Virus record (IMG/VR): IMGVR_UViG_3300036852_000085
Location: 1-59,237 of that record
Source: a virus
Taxonomy: Duplodnaviria; Caudoviricetes
Strand: one strand, 5' to 3'
DNA: 59,237 bases
Positions 16,021-25,645 of this stretch are shown here, in pieces. The notes below the pieces were generated by a model. The model saw only the letters and a list, made by a program, of their open reading frames with translations. It was not told where the DNA came from and did not search any database. A program made the translations under genes and the position numbers. Each line of letters begins with the position of its first letter. Within the stretch, counting starts at the first letter, position 1.

Positions 16021-16482
16021 CTACGCAGCCTGAGCAAAGCCACCAGTGGCGATAGTGACGTTGACGTCGTTCCCGGCCGGCGTGAAGGTCACATCATGCT
16101 TGGAGATCGGAATGACCGCTGAGTCCGGGGATGTGCCCACGATCGGCACGTAGCAGATGACGAAGGCCCCGACTGCTGCGCCGGCTGTGGCTGCCGTGTA
16201 CGTGAAGTCCGCGCAGTCGAGAAGAACGACGTCGTTGGTCTGGTCGACTGTGACGGTGACGGCGGTGAGGGCCTTGCGGCCGATGTTGGACTCAGTGTTG
16301 CCGGCGAGGATGGCGGCCAAGGTGGTGTAGTCGCGCATGGTGGCGTCGTTGACCAGGCCAGCTGACACCAGGGGTACCAGCGTGAGGCCGTCAGAAGCGG
16401 CAGGAAGGGTGCCGTAATAGCCCCAGGCACCCTTCATGACGTTGAAGATCAGGTTTGCCACGAGATCAGAATAGTGCCGCAT
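16021..16482 (-). CDS. Virion structural protein
   Basis: Thr/Ala-rich beta protein; alternative GTG start at 16461. Confidence 0.75.
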   Translation of the reverse strand: MRHYSDLVANLIFNVMKGAWGYYGTLPAASDGLTLVPLVSAGLVNDATMRDYTTLAAILAGNTESNIGRKALTAVTVTVDQTNDVVLLDCADFTYTAATAGAAVGAFVICYVPIVGTSPDSAVIPISKHDVTFTPAGNDVNVTIATGGFAQAA

Positions 16483-17074
16483 CGCCCTTGGTGGGAAGAC
16501 CGGACGTATTCCGACCGTGGTGGCTCCAGATCCAGGTCTTCATGACCAGATGAGAGATCTTGCCCCCTGCTTCCAGGCACCCCAGGGTGAAGAAACGATC
16601 TTCGCCTGAGTTCTGGTTGTGTCCACGGTTCAGAGGCTTGAAGCCCACCATCTTGGCTAACTCTGTGCGTACCAGCACGGTCATCGTCGTCTCGATGGGA
16701 TCCTGCGGGTCGAACGGGTTCAGGTAATGACCGGGAGGGAAGACCGGGTCGTCTTCCAGGACTCGACCGAACTGATCTTCGACCTTGAACCAGGAGTATA
16801 CGAAGTCCGCGCCAGTCTCCAGGGCATGCTCGGACAGGGCCTCCAGGTGCCCCGGCAAGAAGTAGTCATCAGAGTCCAGGAACGCCACCCAGGACGTATG
16901 TACGGCCTCCAGAGCCCGCTGCCGAGTAGCCGCTGCTCCCTCGCGGTCCACGTCCACCGCGATGCTGATGGCCGCCGGCTGCTTAGTCTGGATAGCCACG
17001 GAAGCCATGGCTCGGTTCAGCATCCCGGTTCGCATCCGAGCCAGGTGTGTAGGTGTGCAGATCGTAATAGCCAT
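16466..17074 (-). CDS. GT-A (family 2-like) glycosyltransferase
   Basis: ITICTPT, GAAATR, WVAFLDSDD and GED motifs; start trimmed to MAITIC. Confidence 0.88.
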   Translation of the reverse strand: MAITICTPTHLARMRTGMLNRAMASVAIQTKQPAAISIAVDVDREGAAATRQRALEAVHTSWVAFLDSDDYFLPGHLEALSEHALETGADFVYSWFKVEDQFGRVLEDDPVFPPGHYLNPFDPQDPIETTMTVLVRTELAKMVGFKPLNRGHNQNSGEDRFFTLGCLEAGGKISHLVMKTWIWSHHGRNTSGLPTKGDAALF

Positions 17075-17078
17075 TAGT

Positions 17079-17246
17079 TCATCTCTTCTTGAGTGATCGA
17101 CTGCCTCTATGACCCCTGTGCCAATAACCACACTCAGGACAACGATACACACATTCGCCCTGTCGCTTAAGGCTTTCGGCCTCTTCGCGAGTCTCGTACC
17201 TCTTCTTAAACTTCCCACCAATTTTGATGTTGTAGCACTGATTGTT
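17079..17246 (-). pseudogene. Start-less 55-codon Zn-finger ORF
   Basis: NNQCYNIKIGGKFKKRYETREEAE..VYRCPECGYWHRG, in frame directly after the upstream TAG. Confidence 0.65.
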
Positions 17247-17948
17247 CTACTGGAAGCCTTTCGGGCTATGCTCGAAGTACTCCCAGCCCTCAGCCCACGG
17301 CAAGGTGAAAACGGTTTTCACTTTCTCTTCGTTGAGGCGAGCCAGAACAGGCAGCGATACCTGATCCTGGTGGGTATGGTGCAGGCACTCATCCCACCAC
17401 TGCTCCCCCATCTCGATGACAGCCTCGGTGTGCCGGCGCACCATAATGCCAGTGGCCGGGAGGCCCCAGTGGGCCGGATGACCGATGACGTCCCGGTAGA
17501 ACCCAGCCTGCTGTTGCAGCTTGACGGCATCGTAGCGGGAGAGCTGAGCTGAGAAGTCAGCCTCCTCGTAGATGCAGTCCCGCCAGGGGTGCTTCATCGT
17601 CAGCCAGTCGTTGTCACCGAGGTAGTCCAGCGCCTTGTCGACGAAGTCCGGATCCGTGATACCAATCGATCCGTCTACCCATATCGATATCTCGGCATCC
17701 GGGAAAGCTGCGGCGGGATGAGTCTTCCAGAACTTGTGCCGCAGCATGTTGGTTGGGTGGTAGAGATTGCCTGAGGTGTCCTCGATCCTAGGGTCGATTT
17801 CGTAGGCATCCCAGCCAAGGACCGGGAAGCCTGTCCTCTCTGGATCATCGGTGAACATCCGACAGGGGATAGATGTGAAAGGAGCGGGACGGGGATCGTC
17901 GTACTGGCCATAGACGGCCGAGTACAGCCCTACTTTGGCTGGTACCAC
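17247..17948 (-). CDS. DUF616/TOD1-MUCI70-like glycosyltransferase
   Basis: YSAVYGQYD, FTDD, SIWVDGS, HPWRDCIYEEA and QDQVSL motifs. Confidence 0.85.
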   Translation of the reverse strand: MVPAKVGLYSAVYGQYDDPRPAPFTSIPCRMFTDDPERTGFPVLGWDAYEIDPRIEDTSGNLYHPTNMLRHKFWKTHPAAAFPDAEISIWVDGSIGITDPDFVDKALDYLGDNDWLTMKHPWRDCIYEEADFSAQLSRYDAVKLQQQAGFYRDVIGHPAHWGLPATGIMVRRHTEAVIEMGEQWWDECLHHTHQDQVSLPVLARLNEEKVKTVFTLPWAEGWEYFEHSPKGFQ

Positions 17949-18745
17949 TTGATCGCCTCCACAAGTCGGACTGGGTTGGCGCTAGGACGGAACCCCATCA
18001 GGTTCCAGCCTTCCTGGTTGGTGGCCACGATCTGAGTGGGAATCTCGCCGTCCCGCATGTCGAAGTGCGTTACGCCAGCGGTAGAGCCAGCGATCCTGTT
18101 GACCAGGTGGGCTACCTGCAACACGGTCATGGCGACACCCGTGCCAGCGTCGAACACCCTGTCGTTGGTCCACTGCGCTGCCATGACTAGCATTGCAGCG
18201 ACGTCGTCACAATGAACGAGGTCGACGGTCTGGGATCCGTCGCCCCAGATAGGGAGCGGCTTGTTCTGCCAAGCCAGCGTAGCGAATGTAGGGATGATCT
18301 TCTGTGGGTGACCAGGTCCATACTTCTGGCCAGGACCATAGGCGTTGAACGCTCGGACGTGACTGACCTGCAACCCTCGGCTGTAATGCAGCGCGGTGGC
18401 CAGACGCATCGAGGCCACCTTGGTGGCCGTGTAGATGCTCGGGAACACGTCCGGCATAGTGATGCCGACATAGCGGGCATTGTTGTTGATACACCACTCC
18501 ATCACCCGATAGGAGCCGACGATGTTGACGTCAATAGCCTCCTCGATTCGGTCGAACAGTTCGTGGGTACCAAGCACGCCGGCCATGTGGATGACGACGT
18601 CAGCGCCTTCAAGGCCCTTCAGGTCGCCCAGGATGTCGTGACCGTCAGCCCGGTCGAACGTCCACGCCTCATGTCCCTTGGACTGCGCATACGCCAGGGT
18701 GGGTTTGCCGAGGAAGCCTGAGCCTCCCGTGATTGCGATCTTCAT
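17930..18745 (-). CDS. NAD-dependent nucleotide-sugar epimerase/dehydratase
   Basis: ITGGSGFLG, YTATK, FNAYGPGQ and GDGSQTVDLVH. Confidence 0.93.
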   Translation of the reverse strand: MKIAITGGSGFLGKPTLAYAQSKGHEAWTFDRADGHDILGDLKGLEGADVVIHMAGVLGTHELFDRIEEAIDVNIVGSYRVMEWCINNNARYVGITMPDVFPSIYTATKVASMRLATALHYSRGLQVSHVRAFNAYGPGQKYGPGHPQKIIPTFATLAWQNKPLPIWGDGSQTVDLVHCDDVAAMLVMAAQWTNDRVFDAGTGVAMTVLQVAHLVNRIAGSTAGVTHFDMRDGEIPTQIVATNQEGWNLMGFRPSANPVRLVEAIKWYQPK

Positions 18746-19476
18746 GGCTGCCTTCTCTCGGCTCGGTCAAGAATGTCGTTCTTGATCCAGTTGAGGACCA
18801 GATCAGGATCGCTAGCGCGCTCCCGGTTGAGGATGTCATCGGTCAACTCGATGTGGCCGTAGTTCCTGTTGATCGACGCCCATTCAGACTTCAAGATCGT
18901 GTTAAAGGGGTTCAGGTTCCGGATAACCAGCAATCCAGTCGGCTGAGTGTCTACCAGTCGCATGTCAAGATCGGGACGCCAGTCTTCGAGGATCTCGCAG
19001 ACCTTCCAGACATCCCCGGTCCAGTCTCCTGGAGGCTGTTTCCGGGTAGCGATCTCTCTGTTGTAGGGCAGAACGTCATCCAGAACGATGGTCCCGCTGG
19101 CATTAGCGAAGCGCTCCATATTCATGAAGTCGCGCAGCGCGTACTCCCAGAGGTGCATACCATCAATGAAGGCCAGGTCGATTGGATTGCCAACCAGAAC
19201 GTCGCAGCCAGGGCCGAACACCTCATTGCCAGCGGTCAGGCCGCTGCTGCGTACCGCGAAGAACTCATCCGAAGTTTCCTGGTAGACCTTGGCCCAGGCC
19301 GGAATACCAACCGACAGTGCCGGCGCCGGGTCCACGCCGATGGCCATCTTGGTACCGGTAGCCAGGGCCAGGCTCGCACCAGACTGGATACCGATCTCCA
19401 GGTATACCCGAGGATTCAAGACCCTGTGAAGTTCAGCCAGAAACTCATGTCTAGTTACCACGGCATAATCCCCCAC
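18742..19476 (-). CDS. Class I SAM-dependent methyltransferase
   Basis: YLEIGIQSGAS, IDLAFIDGMH, VLDD and WTGDVWK. Confidence 0.9.
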   Translation of the reverse strand: MGDYAVVTRHEFLAELHRVLNPRVYLEIGIQSGASLALATGTKMAIGVDPAPALSVGIPAWAKVYQETSDEFFAVRSSGLTAGNEVFGPGCDVLVGNPIDLAFIDGMHLWEYALRDFMNMERFANASGTIVLDDVLPYNREIATRKQPPGDWTGDVWKVCEILEDWRPDLDMRLVDTQPTGLLVIRNLNPFNTILKSEWASINRNYGHIELTDDILNRERASDPDLVLNWIKNDILDRAERRQP

Positions 19477-20186
19477 TTCTCCTTGAACACCTTGGCATCG
19501 ATGGCGATACGTTGCCCCAGTTCGAGGCTCACTTGTCCATTGGGGTGTAGGTGCTGGACAGGAAAGCCCGGCATCATCACCGTTCCGCCATTCAGTCGAG
19601 CTGTGTAGTCGATGTGGTCATCGCTGAAGTACCAGTGAATGTCCTCGTCCGCGCGGATGCGGCTCTCGCCTCGCAGCATGAAGGCGTACCCCACTAGCCG
19701 TCGACCCAGGCCTACTGGGCCAATCTGGCGATGACAGACAGGAGCACGCAGGGCGCTGTCCGGGTCAGAGCAGCCTGCGCTGGCGCTAAAGGCACGCATG
19801 CCCCCTGACACGGCGGCAAACCAACCCGGGGGCACGATGGCGTCGTCATTGAGAATGGCCACGTCCCAGGCCGTAGCACCCCACTGTCGACGGACGTCTT
19901 GAGCCCAATCCAGGCCCGAGTTCCATAGGGCCGACAGATTAGGCGGCTGGCCTGGACGCCAAATCCAGGACATGTTGGAGCTTCCTGGAGTGGGACCGTT
20001 TCTCGGTAACGTCAGGTCAGGAAAGTCATCACTGTTGACAACGACAAGGGTGTAGTCGACCTGACCGTGGATTGCTTCTATGCACTGGTCAAGGACGTCT
20101 GGGCGGTTACCGCGAGTGGGGACGACGGCGAACTTGAGGATCGCTCCATCTGCACCGCCCGTTCCCACGCTTCCCACCATCTCCAT
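19455..20186 (-). CDS. GT-A glycosyltransferase (start uncertain)
   Basis: FAVVPT, WNSG, VAILNDD, GYAFMLRGE and WYFSDD. Confidence 0.85.
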   Translation of the reverse strand: MEMVGSVGTGGADGAILKFAVVPTRGNRPDVLDQCIEAIHGQVDYTLVVVNSDDFPDLTLPRNGPTPGSSNMSWIWRPGQPPNLSALWNSGLDWAQDVRRQWGATAWDVAILNDDAIVPPGWFAAVSGGMRAFSASAGCSDPDSALRAPVCHRQIGPVGLGRRLVGYAFMLRGESRIRADEDIHWYFSDDHIDYTARLNGGTVMMPGFPVQHLHPNGQVSLELGQRIAIDAKVFKEKWGIMPW

Positions 20187-21193
20187 GCGTTCGCCTCATA
20201 TGTCTGAGTTTTCATATATTCTTTGCCGGCAGCAGCCAGGTCCTCGCGGAGACTATGGTCATCCATCAGGCGCTTGACCTGGGAAAACCACTCCTTCGGA
20301 CTATCTGCCAGGAGGCCTCCCCCTGATACCTTTGCTAGTCTACGATACTCATCCCGGGGTGAGGCAACCCACGGCACGCCCACCGAGGACATCTCGATGC
20401 CCTTGAGCCTGGACTTGGCGGTGTTGAAGGCCGTCGGAGCCAGGGGGATCATGCCGACATCCATGGTGGCAGCAATAGTCTCAGCCCATTTGATCAAGGG
20501 AACGGTGCCGGTAAAGTACGGTTCCTCCCTTAATCTGAGCGCTGACTTGACTCCTGCCGGGTTGCCTACCCCGGCGAAGCGATAATGACCGTCAAGAAGC
20601 CGCTGGACCGCTGGGGCCGTGACCTGAAGGTCGTTGGGATGGCTGGCTGTGGTCCCAGCCCAGCCGAACGCCCCCGTCTCAGGGCACGGCAGTCCTAGAT
20701 ACCCCCCGGGTACGTAGTTATCCAGCAGAACTCCTCGCCCATGCGCGGCGTAGCGCTTCAGCAGGGCTGGCGTGGTGCAGGTAACCAAGCTGGCCACCTT
20801 GCAGGACTCCAGGGCCCATTTGTGCGAGAAGGGCGTGTTGGAGTTCTCCCGGTACATGGTGAAGGCCGAGTTGTGCGGGTGGATCATGGACATGTCATCA
20901 TCCATGTCCACAATGACGGCCCGGCCGTTTTGCCTCAGTAGGTTGATCATCTGAGGATGGAGTGGATGCGCCGGACGTTGGATGACGATCGCGTCAGCGT
21001 CCTGGGGAATTCGGACCTCGGTCAGCATTTCACCGTACGGGGTCTGCGTCGTCTTGGCCTCGAACCCGCCACCCTTCGTGTTAGGTGGCATGACCACCAC
21101 GTCATGGCCACGCTGTTGCAAAATGCCAGACGGCAGAATGAGCCGATAGAACCCACAGCCGTGCGAGTCAGCCGGAAGAACGTAGACCTTCAC
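20078..21193 (-). CDS. GT-B (family 4-like) glycosyltransferase
   Basis: GCGFYR, DMDDD, GWAG...H and FNTAKS.LK.IE....GVP.VAS. Confidence 0.88.
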   Translation of the reverse strand: MKVYVLPADSHGCGFYRLILPSGILQQRGHDVVVMPPNTKGGGFEAKTTQTPYGEMLTEVRIPQDADAIVIQRPAHPLHPQMINLLRQNGRAVIVDMDDDMSMIHPHNSAFTMYRENSNTPFSHKWALESCKVASLVTCTTPALLKRYAAHGRGVLLDNYVPGGYLGLPCPETGAFGWAGTTASHPNDLQVTAPAVQRLLDGHYRFAGVGNPAGVKSALRLREEPYFTGTVPLIKWAETIAATMDVGMIPLAPTAFNTAKSRLKGIEMSSVGVPWVASPRDEYRRLAKVSGGGLLADSPKEWFSQVKRLMDDHSLREDLAAAGKEYMKTQTYEANAWRWWEAWERAVQMERSSSSPSSPLAVTAQTSLTSA

Positions 21194-21924
21194 AGCGCGC
21201 TCCCTGTATCGGCTGGAGCGATCCCGATGGCCTCAACGAACATGTCGATGGGCATGCCGTTGATGTGCTGAAGGCCGACGTTGCCGGTGCCTACCGTACG
21301 GACCTGGGTCAGGATCAGGCCGAGAACCTGGTCCTGGGTGGGGAAGAAGATGACATCCATGGGTGACCGGGCTTGCGCCGCCAGGCCGCCAAGGTCGTGT
21401 TCCATACAGGTCATCAGCGCTGAGGCCGTGCTGGGAGTTGACCCGTCCGTGGTGTAACGGATAGCCACTTGCATGGAGTCGTTGGCCACAGAACTGTCCA
21501 TGATCATGGAGCTGGTGCCAATGCGGTATGCGAGTCCCTCACGGACTTCGACATTGGTCAACGTCAGCACGCCGGCCTCGACGTTGGTTGTCGTGCTCGG
21601 GTTAGTATCTCGGCTGCCGTAAGCCACGATTCCACGCGACTGAACGAATGAACCGATGACGAAGTTGGCTGAAGGGGGCACAGTCATCACCATGACTCGC
21701 CAGCCCTGAAGAAGGCCTCCCACCAGAGACATGGCCTTGATGGGAGTGCTGTCTCCATCCATGACTACTTGGACGAAGCCGGACGACAGGCTGGTCTGAG
21801 CCACCTCACCAGGAGTGATGCCCCACTGCAAACCGAGCCGCTTGGCGTTCTCCACAATTGCCTGTGCGCCAGCGCCGATCAGCTGGGCCGACCGGGCATC
21901 ACGGTGGACAGCTGGCGTGGTCAT
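21190..21924 (-). CDS. Minor tail protein
   Basis: N-terminal OB-like spike motif; synteny. Confidence 0.7.
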   Translation of the reverse strand: MTTPAVHRDARSAQLIGAGAQAIVENAKRLGLQWGITPGEVAQTSLSSGFVQVVMDGDSTPIKAMSLVGGLLQGWRVMVMTVPPSANFVIGSFVQSRGIVAYGSRDTNPSTTTNVEAGVLTLTNVEVREGLAYRIGTSSMIMDSSVANDSMQVAIRYTTDGSTPSTASALMTCMEHDLGGLAAQARSPMDVIFFPTQDQVLGLILTQVRTVGTGNVGLQHINGMPIDMFVEAIGIAPADTGSAL

Positions 21925-22994
21925 GCCGCGTAGCTCTTGCGTAGAACGTGACTCATGGCTCCCCCTTCAACCAGTTGCATGCCCCATGCCAGCTCCAGCC
22001 ACAGGTCTCCCTGCCACTGGATAACATCGTAGGAGTCGTGGCGGGGATCGGGGGCAGTGTTGAGCGAAACCTGCTCGAAGACAGTGTGTCGCTGAGCCAG
22101 ACCGTCGGCGATGGCCTGAGCCTGGGGTTGGTCAGAGATGGGCAGCGTGTAGAACTTCGGCAGAACGAAGCCCCTGTTGCGGATGGAGTTAGGCGCGCTG
22201 GCTGGAATGTCGGCACTGGCGACGATCGGAGCCTGGGATACCTGGGTTCCGGAGTTGGAGATGACAAAGATCCGGTTCGGGGCCAACAAGAGATCATCGC
22301 TTTCCACGATCCCCTGTCGCAGGACCTGGTTGCCCCGGTCGAAGTCGAAACTGGGGATCTGGGTGACCGGGTCGAAAGTTCTGATCATGTGGAAGTGGTC
22401 ATCGTTGCCGAACCAGGGAGAGAAGTAGTCCCCGGTAACGGAGAGGGCCTCCAGAATCTGGCCCCGACTAGTACCCACGCTCCAAGCGTCAGACGATGTA
22501 AACGGTGAGGCCTCGATCTCCAACACGAAGTCGAAGTCAGCCATGACCGTCTCGATGACGGCAGGGACCGCCAGTCCCACGCCATCGATACCCACAGTGA
22601 TGGGTTGGTCCACGATGAACATGTTGTCGTTCATGGCTGACGTGGCCAGCTTGCCGGAAGTGAACACCTGGCGGTTGGCGTCAGTGAACCGATACGTTCC
22701 CAATGGATACGAGGACCCGTCCGGGAAGTCCATGCTGACTGTGATCAGAGCCGTCACACTGTTGATCAGTGCAGTGTCCTCCGCGCCGAAGTTCACACTG
22801 AGTTGACGCTTGATGGTCCGCGATGTGTTATGAGTCAGCGTGGCCCCACGGAGAGGATGGACCTCACCGAGGTTTTCTCCTGTTCCTCCATCTGTAAGTA
22901 GGAAGGTGAATGTCGCTTCTCGCTGCCCGATCCACTCAGACAGGTTGAGCTGGTCGTTGAAGGGAACTGTTGTGAGGGTTCTGTTGGTGATCAT
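21921..22994 (-). CDS. Minor tail (hub/Tal-like) protein
   Basis: Synteny; YPLGTY and PDPRH..YDVI motifs. Confidence 0.75.
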   Translation of the reverse strand: MITNRTLTTVPFNDQLNLSEWIGQREATFTFLLTDGGTGENLGEVHPLRGATLTHNTSRTIKRQLSVNFGAEDTALINSVTALITVSMDFPDGSSYPLGTYRFTDANRQVFTSGKLATSAMNDNMFIVDQPITVGIDGVGLAVPAVIETVMADFDFVLEIEASPFTSSDAWSVGTSRGQILEALSVTGDYFSPWFGNDDHFHMIRTFDPVTQIPSFDFDRGNQVLRQGIVESDDLLLAPNRIFVISNSGTQVSQAPIVASADIPASAPNSIRNRGFVLPKFYTLPISDQPQAQAIADGLAQRHTVFEQVSLNTAPDPRHDSYDVIQWQGDLWLELAWGMQLVEGGAMSHVLRKSYAA

Positions 22995-25645
22995 GCCGGA
23001 TCCACCGGAGTGGGTGTATCGGTTACCTCGACGATGTCCACTCCGGCCATATAGATGGAGCGGTTCAACTGCACCTTAGCGTTGGGTACCCGGACATTGG
23101 CGAACCACCGATTACCGTCCTCATCGCGCACACAGATGTAGGGAACGTCGGTCCAGGCCATATCCCGTAGCGAGGTGAAGTCGGCCAGAGTCTCTGGAGA
23201 GATCGCGGCGGCCTGAACCAGGACGGTGCGACTGAACTGGTCCCCGCCACGTTCGGTGGGGTGGAAGGCCGTAACGAAGTCACGGTTATACATCTTCTGG
23301 AACGTGACATCACTGGCTTCAGGGAAGGTGAAGTCCTCGTCCACCGATCCCCCGGTCCACACGGAACAGTAGGCCAGGTTCAGTGCGCCGGTCTGGTCAG
23401 AGTTAGAACTGAACAGCAGTAGGTGTCCATCTCCCAGTCGACCGATGGTTGCTCCAGGGGCGGTGAGTGTTCCCGCCACCGTGGAGGACCAGGCGTTGGT
23501 GAACCCATACAGATCTACGGCCCTGATGCGATAGGACGACACGATCCCAGGTCTAGCTTCGAAGTCAGAGAAGCCGGAGATGGTGGGAGACGAACACTCC
23601 ATGATCGTCTTCCAGTCAGTCTCCACAGTATCCATGCGCTGAAGCTCATAGAAACCGAACCAGGCAGAGTTGGTCAGGTTGTTCGACGTCGGCGACCAGG
23701 CCACCCGCAGATACTGCATACCAGTAGGGATGCTGTCCGGATTCAACCCACAGTCCTGACCTATCCCTGTCAGCGTCTGCGTCAGCACAGACACTCCCAA
23801 CCCTGTGACAGCTGGCAGGTCCTGAGCAAACAACACCACGGCGTCAGCGCTGGTGTCATCCGTGGTGACAGTGACTGTTGGACTGAGCCAGCCCATGTTG
23901 ATGGCCGAGCCGCCGTATGTAGCAGAGTCCAGACGCCGAACGCTAGGAACAAGGTTCAGCAGGTTGCCAGGCGTGCCAGACAGGGCTGGAGCCTGGATGC
24001 CCATGACCTCCCAGCGGTTACCCGCCGATAGGCCTGAGGCCGACCAGCGCCACTGAGGATTGGTCCCGGAACCCATGCTGGGAGCGGAGGTAAACCGTAG
24101 CGTAACTTCTTTCCAGCCGTCGATGATCGGCCCGTCGAGGGCGTCGAACTCGGTCGGCGTGATGGTCACACTCTTCCCCGCGCCCGTGATGGTTGGAGAA
24201 TCGAAGGTCAGGTTGACGTTAGTGGCGCCGAACCGGCGGGCGTAGAACCTGACCTGCGGGTAGTTGAAGGTTCCACCCGTGGAGGTGTCGTTGATTTCCT
24301 GGGTGACGGTGATGGTCCCGTAAACCTGGCCATGGATCTGGCGTCCGTATACCTGGACCTCAGACAGGGGTGCGCCACCACTGAGGTGCAGGGACACCTG
24401 CGGAATGATGACGACTTCCTCTTCGGTGAAGGCCTCATCTTCAGTGAGTGTCTTGTTTACCTGTATCCCCACGTGATGGGGTACCGAGTACAGGTACCGG
24501 AACCCATTGATGAGGGGGAACTGGTTCTCAGGTCCGGTAGAGATCGAGGCTGGAGCTGAGACGGTGGAGAAGTTCCCCACGTCGGGGTTGGAAATCACCA
24601 GCTCATAGTCACCAGCAGCAATGACAGGGTTGGCTCCGAAAAAGGTGTCCCGTAGAGGGATGGCGTTGGCACCCGCGATGTAGGGCTGAAGGATCGGGGT
24701 TGCTGACGTGTCTAGGGCGCCGAAGGCACGGTTGCCATAGACGATCCTGTTCTCCTCGCAGAACAGAACCTCCAGGGCTGCATACGTGCACTCGAAGGTG
24801 CCCTGGTCGACGGTAAGGGGAAGAACCCCGTCGAAGCCAACCCAGAAGAAGTTCAGCGCATACTTGTTGGGAGCTGCGGTAGTGGGTTCGAATCGGGCCA
24901 GCTCGGTGTATCGCCACGGCAACCGCTCAGAAGTGACTGTAGACGCTGGGGTCTGCCAGAGCTGGTTGATCTCACCCAGCCTGACTCTCTGAAAAGTAGG
25001 GATCCCATAGATATTCGACGGTAGACCCATACTCACGATGCCCTCAGCGGGAGTGAAGTGAGCGTATTGAGTTACTCCGGAACCACAGAGGATCCCGATC
25101 TGTCCTAGCTCAGGAACGAGTGCGAGCAGTTCTGACAATTGACCCGTCGAGTAGGTCATTGTCAAGAGTGCGTTGACCCCCAGGATCCGTTTACCGGTCA
25201 GCAAGTTGGCATATGAGCTGGTTCCGAAAAACAGGCTGACCTGCTTATCAGCCGATCCAAAGCCTGGACTGATGGAGAACCCCAGGTCGTTGGCTGGGTC
25301 GGACAGGATCAGGGCAGCGTCGTTGATACTGCCGGTCCCCCAGGAGATACCAACGCCAGTGGCCGCTGCTCCGTTGCAAGGAATGACAACACGTTGTACT
25401 GGACCACTACTTGCTGGCACCCCGGAGGAGTACAGCGTGGCTGAAATCTGTTGCCCTGACGTTGCACTGGAGGGCGGGGTATTGGTGTAGTAGACGGCCT
25501 GGTTGAGCTGACGCGATGCGGTCAGCGTGAGTCCGGTACCAGTTTCAATGAGGTTGGAAGCAACAGAGAACGTCATGTCCTCGTTGCGGATGGGGACCAG
25601 CTCCTCGCCGAGAATGTGCGGGGCGTACGGGTTGTAGTCACCCAT
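22991..25645 (-). CDS. Large minor tail protein (Dit-like C-terminus, FN3-like segment)
   Basis: Follows the tape measure gene; DFEARPG..SYRIRAVD; ICVRDEDGNRWF. Confidence 0.75.
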   Translation of the reverse strand: MGDYNPYAPHILGEELVPIRNEDMTFSVASNLIETGTGLTLTASRQLNQAVYYTNTPPSSATSGQQISATLYSSGVPASSGPVQRVVIPCNGAAATGVGISWGTGSINDAALILSDPANDLGFSISPGFGSADKQVSLFFGTSSYANLLTGKRILGVNALLTMTYSTGQLSELLALVPELGQIGILCGSGVTQYAHFTPAEGIVSMGLPSNIYGIPTFQRVRLGEINQLWQTPASTVTSERLPWRYTELARFEPTTAAPNKYALNFFWVGFDGVLPLTVDQGTFECTYAALEVLFCEENRIVYGNRAFGALDTSATPILQPYIAGANAIPLRDTFFGANPVIAAGDYELVISNPDVGNFSTVSAPASISTGPENQFPLINGFRYLYSVPHHVGIQVNKTLTEDEAFTEEEVVIIPQVSLHLSGGAPLSEVQVYGRQIHGQVYGTITVTQEINDTSTGGTFNYPQVRFYARRFGATNVNLTFDSPTITGAGKSVTITPTEFDALDGPIIDGWKEVTLRFTSAPSMGSGTNPQWRWSASGLSAGNRWEVMGIQAPALSGTPGNLLNLVPSVRRLDSATYGGSAINMGWLSPTVTVTTDDTSADAVVLFAQDLPAVTGLGVSVLTQTLTGIGQDCGLNPDSIPTGMQYLRVAWSPTSNNLTNSAWFGFYELQRMDTVETDWKTIMECSSPTISGFSDFEARPGIVSSYRIRAVDLYGFTNAWSSTVAGTLTAPGATIGRLGDGHLLLFSSNSDQTGALNLAYCSVWTGGSVDEDFTFPEASDVTFQKMYNRDFVTAFHPTERGGDQFSRTVLVQAAAISPETLADFTSLRDMAWTDVPYICVRDEDGNRWFANVRVPNAKVQLNRSIYMAGVDIVEVTDTPTPVDPA

